Source of the DNA: a virus
DNA: 64,000 nt
IMG/VR virus record: IMGVR_UViG_3300047369_000650
Location: 113,536 to 177,535 of that record
Reading direction: 5' to 3' (one strand)
Under the pieces are notes generated by a model. That model was not told the origin of the DNA, did no database searches, and saw nothing but the letters and a program-made list of their open reading frames with translations. Within the stretch, counting starts at the first letter, position 1. Every line of letters begins with the position of its first letter. This document shows positions 45,789 through 53,377 of the stretch, piece by piece. Made by a program: the position numbers and the translations under genes.

Positions 45789-46073
45789 ATGAAAAATAAA
45801 ATTGACTATCGTTTTGACGAAGAAAAATATATTACGGAATTTAAAGAGTATGTAGATGCTACCTATAATCAGCACTATTCTCAAAATAAATTCCAATCAA
45901 CTGAAGTAATTATGGATCGTGGTCATGGTACTGGTTTCTGTATGGGGAATGTAGATAAATATTCCAATAGATATGGTAAGAAAGGTACTGCAGCAGATGC
46001 TCGTAAGGACCTTATGAAAGTATTACACTATGCTCTATTACAACTATATGTGCATGACAATGAACTTGGATAA
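45789..46073 (+). CDS. DUF3310-like protein
   Basis: HYS, GFCMGNVDKY..RYGKKG, DLMKVLHY. Confidence 0.7.
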   Translation: MKNKIDYRFDEEKYITEFKEYVDATYNQHYSQNKFQSTEVIMDRGHGTGFCMGNVDKYSNRYGKKGTAADARKDLMKVLHYALLQLYVHDNELG

Positions 46074-46389
46074 TTACGCAGCTCAGATCTTTGATGATAA
46101 TAAAAACATGATGGTACCTTGGTATCTCATGGCATCATATGCTTACTATAAAGAAGATGATCCTATATTAAGTGATGCACTATTTGATGATATGGGTAAA
46201 AAACTCCTAGAAAACTGGGATAACATTACGCATTTGCATAAAGAATATATCACCAAAGATGAGCTAGTTGCTGGTAGCTTTTTAGGTAAATATCCTAGTA
46301 GAATACCCGACTCTTTAAGAGAATTAAGAAAAGTTGATCCTAATACTAAAATTGAAAAAAAAGAAGTGACATTGGAAGATTTTTTCTAA
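46054..46389 (+). CDS. Stand-alone protein resembling NAD-ligase domain Ia
   Basis: ASYAYYKEDDPILSDALFDDM matches the YY...D.P..SD..YD motif; no adenylation domain. Confidence 0.55.
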   Translation: MTMNLDNYAAQIFDDNKNMMVPWYLMASYAYYKEDDPILSDALFDDMGKKLLENWDNITHLHKEYITKDELVAGSFLGKYPSRIPDSLRELRKVDPNTKIEKKEVTLEDFF

Positions 46390-46390
46390 T

Positions 46391-46567
46391 ATGAAACAAG
46401 AAATTTTTAAACATAATAGTACAAATTTTCTTCGTAATAAAAGAAGAAATGAACTTATTAGAAAGAAACGGAAAGAAGAATATCAGAGAAAATCTGGAAC
46501 ATTCTTACTTAAAACTGAAGAAACATCTTTACAGTTTAATATTGATTCTGACCATATTAAACTGTAA
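46391..46567 (+). CDS. Small basic hypothetical protein (58 aa)
   Basis: ATG follows the previous stop; R/K-rich. Confidence 0.4.
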   Translation: MKQEIFKHNSTNFLRNKRRNELIRKKRKEEYQRKSGTFLLKTEETSLQFNIDSDHIKL

Positions 46568-46603
46568 CATATTTACTACATTGTATTAATGATTAATAAA
46601 TGG

Positions 46604-46632
46604 TTTACTTATTACTCATTATATGATACTAT
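46604..46632 (+). promoter_or_regulatory. Sigma70-type promoter of the tmRNA gene
   Basis: TTTACT-N17-TACTAT with a TGn extension, about 10 nt upstream of the acceptor piece. Confidence 0.7.
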
Positions 46633-46642
46633 ATAATCTGTA

Positions 46643-47056
46643 AACGTTGAAGCGACGTAGACACATACTGGACTTGGGGGCAGTACCCAACGCTTCCACC
46701 ATAAGCGCATTGAGGAATTTATGAAGTATAAAATGGTTGTTAAAACGGGTGATAAAATCTTTGTTAAGGCAAGAAGTAAAAATAAAGAACACTTGGAAAA
46801 TAGAGCAATTGCTTTAACTAAAAAGAAACCATATATGACTGTATATGTAGTATCAGAAGATACAAGAATATAGTGTGCTTATGCTGGGAGCGAACTAGGA
46901 TCGACAGGTGTGAAAGTGAAGTGGAGTTTATCGTGGTGACCTACGTTATTCGGTCAAAAACTACAAATGCAAACGATAATTTTGCACCATCTGGTTACGC
47001 ACTAGCTGCCTAACACAGGGGGTTGGCCACTTACCTAGCAACAGAAAATGTGGCAT
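46643..47056 (+). ncRNA. ssrA: Circularly permuted (two-piece) tmRNA, alphaproteobacterial type
   Basis: Acceptor piece ends GGACTTGGGGGCAGTACCCAACGCTTCCACCA (46701). Coding piece starts GGGAGCGAACTAGGATCGAC (46886). GGGAGCG/CGCTTCC forms a 7-bp stem with G3:U. Tag frame 46969-47013 reads ANDNFAPSGYALAA*. Inter-piece pairing GACGTAG/CTACGTT. Outer ends are approximate. Confidence 0.93.
46721..46873 (+). CDS. 50-aa basic protein nested in the tmRNA intervening segment
   Basis: GAGGA SD at 46712-46716, ATG 46721, TAG 46871-46873; MKYKMVVKTGDKIFVKARSKNKEHLENRAIALTKKKPYMTVYVVSEDTRI. Confidence 0.65.
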   Translation: MKYKMVVKTGDKIFVKARSKNKEHLENRAIALTKKKPYMTVYVVSEDTRI

Positions 47057-47090
47057 ATAAATTAATACTAAAAATAGGGAAATAAAAAAA

Positions 47091-47870
47091 ATGAAGAATT
47101 TTCTTCTTACTTCTTGTGCAGTGTTTGCTTTAGCAGGTAGTGCATATGCTGCGGATGTTTCTGGTTCTGTAAAACTAGAAGCAACGCAAAACGCATCTGA
47201 CGATTGGGTCGGAAAAAATACAGTAGCATTAAGTTTCGGCGCCAATGAGCCTGATGTTGGTGCATTTGGATCAGTCGGTCTTGAAATGGTAGATGGTGGA
47301 ACAGTTGCGCTTGATGCATGGTCTCTAGGTACTGCAGTAAACGGTATTTCAGTTTCTCTTGGTGATCAAGGAGATTTGTTTCCAGGTGCCGGTCTTGAAG
47401 TTGTAGGTGATGATACACTTGCAGATCCAGCATCATCTGAAAGTATTATCGTGTCAATCGGTAACGCTTCTTTCATGGCAGCAGTAACAGATTATAAAAC
47501 AGACTTAACAGAGCTAGAGAATGTTCAGCTTGGATATTCTGCTGAAGTAAGTGCTATTGATGTTGGTGTAGCAATTGATTATAATATGGATACTGAAGAA
47601 ATGGCTTATGGTGCCGATGTAGGCGCTGAAATTCAAGGTGCTGGAATTGGTGCAGTAGTAACTTATGCAGCCGAAGAGTTTGCTTATGAGGCATCTGCTT
47701 CTTACTCTGGGGTTACTGCATTTGTTAATGGCGATGACGAAGAAATGGCTCAAAATGTAGGCGGACAAGTTGCTGCTGAATTTGGCGGTCTAAATCTTTT
47801 TGCTGAAACATCATATAATCTTGATAATGAAGAATGGACTCCAGCCGTAGGTGCTAGCTTTAACTTCTAA
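47091..47870 (+). CDS. Outer-membrane porin (alphaproteobacterial-like)
   Basis: Signal peptide (SAYA), alternating amphipathic beta-strands, acidic loops, C-terminal GASFNF with terminal Phe. Confidence 0.82.
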   Translation: MKNFLLTSCAVFALAGSAYAADVSGSVKLEATQNASDDWVGKNTVALSFGANEPDVGAFGSVGLEMVDGGTVALDAWSLGTAVNGISVSLGDQGDLFPGAGLEVVGDDTLADPASSESIIVSIGNASFMAAVTDYKTDLTELENVQLGYSAEVSAIDVGVAIDYNMDTEEMAYGADVGAEIQGAGIGAVVTYAAEEFAYEASASYSGVTAFVNGDDEEMAQNVGGQVAAEFGGLNLFAETSYNLDNEEWTPAVGASFNF

Positions 47871-47922
47871 GCTAAATACTATTGTCTATGACAACAAAAG
47901 GTTCACTGCTTAATAGGTGCGT

Positions 47923-47948
47923 GGGGGGTCATGGTTAGCCCCCCTTTT
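47923..47948 (+). terminator. Intrinsic terminator
   Basis: GGGGGG-TCATGGTTAG-CCCCCC-TTTT. Confidence 0.7.
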
Positions 47949-47968
47949 CTATTAAGAAAGGATATACT

Positions 47969-48322
47969 ATGAAAAATTTAATTGTAAGCATTTTATTATG
48001 CTTTGCAACACCACTTTTTTCTCAAGAAAGCAGTGCTAAAATTTTAACAATGGGTGTACCTTGCGATAAAACACAAAATGTGTTTAATATATTGGAAGAA
48101 GCAAAAGAAGGATTACTTTTTTCTGGTGGCGGTCTAATAGCCGAAGCAACCACAAGGCAAGTTTATCCAACAGCAACTATGGTTTTTGTAAATCAAGAAA
48201 CCGGAAATTGGTCTGTTATAGCATCCTTTGGTGATGGTACTAGTTGTCTAATTATGCCTGGAAAAAACTTTACACCATATAGTGGTAAACAGCCTTGGGA
48301 TGAAGAGAAAGATGGATTGTAA
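47969..48322 (+). CDS. Secreted hypothetical protein
   Basis: Signal peptide; two Cys (VPC...TSCL). Confidence 0.7.
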   Translation: MKNLIVSILLCFATPLFSQESSAKILTMGVPCDKTQNVFNILEEAKEGLLFSGGGLIAEATTRQVYPTATMVFVNQETGNWSVIASFGDGTSCLIMPGKNFTPYSGKQPWDEEKDGL

Positions 48323-48501
48323 TGTGGACATTAGTTTTTATATATTTGTATAATACAGAACCTTTTGTTGTAAAGTATGATACTTATGAATCTATGTATG
48401 ATTGTTTTGGTCAACGTGAAGTTCTTGCTTTTGAAGTAGGCGGAAAAGATGGGTATTTCCCATCTGGTCAACAAGCTTTATGTATTTACACAGATAAATA
48501 G
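48322..48501 (+). CDS. Small hypothetical protein (59 aa)
   Basis: TAATG coupling; MWTLVFIYF...YDCFGQRE...QALCI. Confidence 0.55.
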   Translation: MWTLVFIYLYNTEPFVVKYDTYESMYDCFGQREVLAFEVGGKDGYFPSGQQALCIYTDK

Positions 48502-48532
48502 AAAAGTATTTAATGATTTGGAGTGTAACATT

Positions 48533-49075
48533 GTGAAACATTATGTAATATTATTTATTTTATTAATAATGGGATCTACTGCTTTTGCAGAACCTATTGT
48601 AACGGAATCTACAAGTAACAGTACAGTTGACTCAAATATAGATTCTACGACAACCGTATATTCTCCACCACCAACTGCAGTATCACCATCTATTAGCGCA
48701 ACTAATTCTGATTTATGTACTGTAGGTGTTGCTGGTGCCGTACAAACGCAGATACTTGGTATTTCAGCTGGTAGTACAGTAAGAGATATGAATTGTGAAA
48801 AATTAAAGAATGCAAAAACTTTATATGATATGGGAATGAAAGTTGCTGCAGTATCTGTAATGTGCCAAGATAAACGTGTCTTTGATGCTATGATGCAAGC
48901 CGGCACACCATGTCCATTTGATGGAATGATAGGTGAATCAGCAAAGGCTGCTTGGCAAGAAAATAAAGATATGCAGCCAGGAAGTAATTTTAAGAAAGAA
49001 ATGGATGATGCAGATAAGAAGACTCTTTGGGGCATTGGTGGTTTGGGTGGTCTCCTGCTCCTCCTCTTACTCTAA
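48533..49075 (+). CDS. Secreted Cys-rich protein with C-terminal membrane anchor
   Basis: GTG start after GGAG; signal peptide; SPPPTAVSP; four Cys; C-terminal WGIGGLGGLLLLLLL. Confidence 0.75.
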   Translation: MKHYVILFILLIMGSTAFAEPIVTESTSNSTVDSNIDSTTTVYSPPPTAVSPSISATNSDLCTVGVAGAVQTQILGISAGSTVRDMNCEKLKNAKTLYDMGMKVAAVSVMCQDKRVFDAMMQAGTPCPFDGMIGESAKAAWQENKDMQPGSNFKKEMDDADKKTLWGIGGLGGLLLLLLL

Positions 49076-49874
49076 TGGTATAGTATCCGGTACTACAAAT
49101 AATGCTGCAGCCAGTGGTTTAAATTGGAGTATGAGTGGCATATTGCCAAGTGAAACGGGTCTTATTGTAAACGGAATGATCTATAGATATACCGCAGAAA
49201 AAATAACAGAAGATGATATGAAAGTGCATATTCGTAATGAAGATACTTTATCTGATGGATATATTTTTTCTAATACCGATAATTGGAGTGGCGGCCCGGG
49301 AGGAACAATAAATAAAGTTGTACCTATAGATAGAATTTCTGGAACACGATTTGGTGATGGAGAAATATCAATTGAGGGTAGTGGTAATATAAAAGACCCT
49401 ACTGTGGTATATAGTTATCAATTTGATCCATGTGCTGTAGTCTTAAGTGATCCAAGTTGCCCTGGGTATGCAGAAGCTTTAGCCGCATTATTAGCAGAGC
49501 AGGCGCTTTTAAATCCTATTGAAACGGAAATAGAAAATCCCTATGATAATAAAGAAGTTCAAAATATATTAGACAGTGAAGTAGAAATTAAAGAAGAATT
49601 TAAAACAACCGAAAATGCCGAAAGTGAAGAAGAAAACAGTTTAGACACTAATAGTGAAATGCTTGATAAATATGCCGGACAGTTAGATTTGATGGAAGCA
49701 TATAGTGTACAAGAGCAGGGTTTAAATCAATATTACATTGTGAATATACCAGGTGGAATATATGAAGAAACGATAAAATTAGAACCTAACCAATTAGCTG
49801 ATAATAATCGTGCACTAAGAAATTTTTCATCGGATACACTACATCGTAGAATAGTTAGATCACAATATGAATAA
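49005..49874 (+). CDS. Secreted acidic protein
   Basis: Signal-like MMQIRRLFGALVVWVVSCSSSYS; beta-rich N-domain, DPCAVVLSDPSCPGY, acidic C-terminal half. Confidence 0.7.
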   Translation: MMQIRRLFGALVVWVVSCSSSYSNGIVSGTTNNAAASGLNWSMSGILPSETGLIVNGMIYRYTAEKITEDDMKVHIRNEDTLSDGYIFSNTDNWSGGPGGTINKVVPIDRISGTRFGDGEISIEGSGNIKDPTVVYSYQFDPCAVVLSDPSCPGYAEALAALLAEQALLNPIETEIENPYDNKEVQNILDSEVEIKEEFKTTENAESEEENSLDTNSEMLDKYAGQLDLMEAYSVQEQGLNQYYIVNIPGGIYEETIKLEPNQLADNNRALRNFSSDTLHRRIVRSQYE

Positions 49875-49909
49875 ATAGTAATAGAAAATAATAAATAGGA
49901 ACAAAAAAA

Positions 49910-50410
49910 ATGTTCAGAATAATTTTAACTTTAAGTGCTGTTTTAGGTATGACAAGTATAGTCTTTGCTGAGAATGTCCCGATTACGGGTACTGTAGAAT
50001 CCAAGTGTTCGGTATCAACTGAAGTTGATGGTGTGTATGGTACACCCCAGCCATATAAACTAAGTACAGCAACTTCTGATGGCGGTGTTCTACCTAAGAT
50101 CAGATTTGATACTTCACAAGCCGGTTATTATCTAGCAAGAATTACCGTGCCATCAAGCTTTTCTTCAAGTCCGAGTTTAAGTGATACTGTTGAATGGACT
50201 GGCTCAACTTCAGTAGAGTCTATGAGCGATACTGGTATGTCTGGCTATGAAGCAGCAAAAGTAACTTATGGCAATACAACTGACTATGATTTAACGGTAG
50301 CTGGTTCTGTTTGGATTAATGTATCCTCAACTGCAACATACGGTGTTGACACATCTATGCCACAAGGCGAATATACTGCAATCGTAGTTGCAGAGTGCAT
50401 AGCTCAATAA
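49910..50410 (+). CDS. Secreted pilin/fimbrial-subunit-like protein
   Basis: Signal peptide; N-terminal ITGTVESKC and C-terminal PQGEYTAIVVAEC resemble the ends of chaperone-usher pilins. Confidence 0.5.
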   Translation: MFRIILTLSAVLGMTSIVFAENVPITGTVESKCSVSTEVDGVYGTPQPYKLSTATSDGGVLPKIRFDTSQAGYYLARITVPSSFSSSPSLSDTVEWTGSTSVESMSDTGMSGYEAAKVTYGNTTDYDLTVAGSVWINVSSTATYGVDTSMPQGEYTAIVVAECIAQ

Positions 50411-50429
50411 TTGATTAGAAAAGTTTGTT

Positions 50430-50807
50430 ATGAAATATATTATATTATTTCTTGCATTATTTGTAAGCCCAGTTTACTCACATGAGATGACTCCAACATA
50501 TCCGGTTTTTGATCAATCATATGTTTCTGGGCTATCTAAAACTAGTGTTAAATTATTTAATCGGCGTGATGATGTTAGATTTTATAAAATAGATGTTTAT
50601 GATAGAGAATGGAATAAAGTACAATTTGCAACTGAGAATCAATTAGTTATCGTAAATTATCTTGAAACTAAAACTATAGATATTTATGTGAGAAATAGAG
50701 ATAGAATAAAAATCGAGTTTATTTGTACTGAATCTAAACTCGTGAAAGGTGAAGTGAAATCTACTGGAGTGTCTTCTAGGATATGTTCCAGAATAAAGAG
50801 AGATTAA
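50430..50807 (+). CDS. Secreted Ig-fold / pilus chaperone-like protein
   Basis: Signal peptide; HEMTPTYP...SVKLFNRRDDVRFYKIDV beta-rich; Cys pair in ICTES/ICSRI. Confidence 0.4.
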   Translation: MKYIILFLALFVSPVYSHEMTPTYPVFDQSYVSGLSKTSVKLFNRRDDVRFYKIDVYDREWNKVQFATENQLVIVNYLETKTIDIYVRNRDRIKIEFICTESKLVKGEVKSTGVSSRICSRIKRD

Positions 50808-50809
50808 AT

Positions 50810-51211
50810 GTGAGATTATTTTTTATTATATTATTATTTTTAAGTGGAGTTGCCTATGCTGATTCCTCTTCTTTGAATCTAGCCATACCTAATGCATCTC
50901 AAGGTTACGGTAATGATAGAATTAAAGCTGGCGACTTGGATTGTACTAATTCAATAGGATCGGCATCTTCTTTTGAATTTGGTGTTACGGGCATTATACA
51001 AAGAGAAGATGATCCTTTTAGTCAAGACTATGGTACGGGTAGAGCTGGAGATGTTGGAGTATATGGTAGAATAGTTATACCGATTGGTGGACCCAAAGAA
51101 AGAATAAATTGTAATGATCTTTATGAACTTGAGTTAAGAAAAAAGAAATTAGAAGTTATGAAACTTGAAAGAGAATTGCAACAGTTAAGAGAATTGCAGT
51201 TTGAGAATTAG
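50810..51211 (+). CDS. Secreted protein with Cys-bounded beta-hairpin and coiled coil
   Basis: GTG start; signal peptide; DC...FEFGVTG...DVGVYGRIVIPIG...NC; heptad C-terminus. Confidence 0.7.
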   Translation: MRLFFIILLFLSGVAYADSSSLNLAIPNASQGYGNDRIKAGDLDCTNSIGSASSFEFGVTGIIQREDDPFSQDYGTGRAGDVGVYGRIVIPIGGPKERINCNDLYELELRKKKLEVMKLERELQQLRELQFEN

Positions 51212-51220
51212 GAGATAAAA

Positions 51221-51406
51221 ATGGTGGACGAACCCGAAGGTAAGTTTGAAATGGCAATAAGAGTTTTAGGAAACGAATTAGTTGCTATTAAGATGGTAGT
51301 AGATGATTTTAAAATGAAATGGGTAGTTATAGGATTATTTGCAATGCTTGCAATTCTATGGGCTGGATCTGAATTTGGTCCAGCATTAATGCAAACATTT
51401 AACTAG
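51221..51406 (+). CDS. Small membrane protein
   Basis: 61 aa, AGGAG RBS, one TM segment. Confidence 0.65.
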   Translation: MVDEPEGKFEMAIRVLGNELVAIKMVVDDFKMKWVVIGLFAMLAILWAGSEFGPALMQTFN

Positions 51407-51414
51407 GTGTTTAG

Positions 51415-52230
51415 ATGGCAGAAATCGAGTTTGGTGGATTAAAATTTTCTGGTGGTAAAATGGTTGCTGTTCTTACAGCACTATCCACTCTTGGTGGAGC
51501 TGCCTGGGGAGGGTTTGAAATCTATAAAGATTATATGGATATGAAAGAAATTATCCAAAATATTGATATAGATGAAATCCAATCAGCAAATGCTCTACAA
51601 TTACAAAAACTTGAAGATGCAATAAGCTATACACAAGATATCAAAGTTGATATTAAAGCCGATATTAATAGACTTGAAGTTTTAATTACCGCAATTGAAA
51701 CTAAAACAAATAATGTTAAAATACGTGTAGATGATCAGATGACAACTATGGATGCTACAGTAAGAAATCTAAAGAATGACGTATATACAAAACTTGATAC
51801 TTTTGAAGAAAGATTAAGAACGACATTAAAAGATAATCAAACAACAATGTCTAATATTCGTAGTGATATAGCAACTCAACTAGATACATCGCAAGAAAGA
51901 CAACGCATTGCTTTAGCCGAAAATCAGAATACAATGGCAGATATGCGTGATAATATTAATACACAATTAGAATTATCTGAAAATAGAATTAAAGATACAC
52001 AATCAAGTATAGATGATGTGCTTGAAGGTATTAGAAACGAAATGAATCAGCTGCAAAAAGATGTTACCAAGAGCATACGTGAAGTTGAATCAACTATAAG
52101 AGAATCCGAAAAAGATGTTCGTGATACTATGAGACAAACTGAGTCAAGAATAGACGAAGATATGCGAATATTGGATAAAGATATTAGAGAAACTTTGCAA
52201 GAAGCATTAGATAACCCGTTAGCAGAATGA
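51415..52230 (+). CDS. Membrane-anchored long coiled-coil protein
   Basis: N-terminal hydrophobic helix followed by about 230 aa of heptad-like sequence. Confidence 0.75.
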   Translation: MAEIEFGGLKFSGGKMVAVLTALSTLGGAAWGGFEIYKDYMDMKEIIQNIDIDEIQSANALQLQKLEDAISYTQDIKVDIKADINRLEVLITAIETKTNNVKIRVDDQMTTMDATVRNLKNDVYTKLDTFEERLRTTLKDNQTTMSNIRSDIATQLDTSQERQRIALAENQNTMADMRDNINTQLELSENRIKDTQSSIDDVLEGIRNEMNQLQKDVTKSIREVESTIRESEKDVRDTMRQTESRIDEDMRILDKDIRETLQEALDNPLAE

Positions 52231-52277
52231 TACACGATATTCGCCCAGACTGGCATAATCATATAATGGAGAGTAAA

Positions 52278-52505
52278 ATGAGTATGAGACCAATTTTAAT
52301 TAAAGCTTTTAGATCGCACGCCCAAGGTCATATTGACAAGCATGTAGCTAATGTTGAAGTATATCTTCACAATCCTGTAGGCGTAGGAGAACACCCTGAT
52401 ATTATGGAAGCCATTGAAACCGAAATGGAAGAAGTAGCAAAATATCACGATATGTTAGAAATGTTGGATAAGTATTTCGATGATCCAAGTAACGGAAACC
52501 GCTAA
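52278..52505 (+). CDS. Hypothetical protein
   Basis: HAQGHIDKHVANVEVYLHNPVGVGEHPDIMEAIE; GGAG RBS. Confidence 0.7.
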   Translation: MSMRPILIKAFRSHAQGHIDKHVANVEVYLHNPVGVGEHPDIMEAIETEMEEVAKYHDMLEMLDKYFDDPSNGNR

Positions 52506-52761
52506 AGAATATCTTAAAAGAATAGGTAAACCCAACGTATCTTTGACCGTAAAAGGTGGAGGATGCGCTGGGTTTCAGTACGAATGGGGTATCACAGATA
52601 AAGAACCCACTATAGAAAATTTGTGGTTAGATCCATTAGCCGAGATGTTTGTTTTCGGCTGTACTGTAGATTATGTAGAAGAACTTGGCGGTTCTTACTT
52701 AAAAGTTGTAAATCCTAATGCTACAGCTTCTTGTGGTTGTGGAGAAAGTTTTGGGGTTTAA
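52480..52761 (+). CDS. A-type Fe-S carrier (IscA/ErpA/HesB family)
   Basis: VKGGGCAGFQY and NPNATASCGCGESF with all three conserved Cys. Confidence 0.92.
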   Translation: MIQVTETAKEYLKRIGKPNVSLTVKGGGCAGFQYEWGITDKEPTIENLWLDPLAEMFVFGCTVDYVEELGGSYLKVVNPNATASCGCGESFGV

Positions 52762-52773
52762 AGTGTTTTTCTA

Positions 52774-52781
52774 TATAAATA
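52774..52781 (+). promoter_or_regulatory. T4-type late promoter
   Basis: TATAAATA upstream of the structural-like genes. Confidence 0.75.
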
Positions 52782-52811
52782 TAGAAAAGAATTAATTATT
52801 AAGGATTAGAA

Positions 52812-53366
52812 ATGGCAACTTATTCGTCAATTAGATCAGCTATTGATTTAACTGCTGTTGATCAGAATATTATTCCAAATGTTGACAGTTCATATAATCT
52901 CGGAAGCCCGACTCATAAATGGAAAGACATGTATCTTTCTGGTGGTACTTTACATATAGGCGGCGTTGTGATTAAGGAAGATGCTGCTAATCCTGGAAAA
53001 ATTAAATTTGAAGATTCGGCAGGCGCTAGTGCATTTGCTGCTGGTGGTGGAATTGAAAAAGATTACAGATATAATGGAATTTTATATCCTCAAAACGGAT
53101 CTTCAAAATTATATATGACATCAACTACAACATTGAATGAAGTAATTGCTAATCTTGAGATAGCACCTTCTGGCGGAGATGTCGATCTTAGATTAAATAA
53201 AAATGGTTCTTCAGCGGCAACTCTTACAATAGCTGATAGTTCTACAACGACAACAATAACACCAAATATATCCTTTGTTTCGGGCGACTATATTACTGTA
53301 GATATAACTTCAGTAGGTACATTGACTGCTGGAACTAATTTGTATATGGCACTAAAATTTAGTTAG
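52812..53366 (+). CDS. Putative virion fibre/structural protein
   Basis: IIPN.DSSYNLGSPTHKWKDMYLS fibre motif; beta-rich C-domain; late promoter. Confidence 0.65.
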   Translation: MATYSSIRSAIDLTAVDQNIIPNVDSSYNLGSPTHKWKDMYLSGGTLHIGGVVIKEDAANPGKIKFEDSAGASAFAAGGGIEKDYRYNGILYPQNGSSKLYMTSTTTLNEVIANLEIAPSGGDVDLRLNKNGSSAATLTIADSSTTTTITPNISFVSGDYITVDITSVGTLTAGTNLYMALKFS

Positions 53367-53377
53367 GGAAAAATAAA

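Noticed and set aside
46670-46701. tRNA-like T-arm and CCA read as a tRNA gene
   Set aside because: There is no anticodon arm, and its acceptor partner lies downstream at 46886; it is the tmRNA acceptor piece. No canonical tRNA was recognised in the window.
46961-47245. Minus-strand 94-aa ORF overlapping the tmRNA and porin
   Set aside because: Antisense shadow of the tmRNA tag region and the porin signal peptide.
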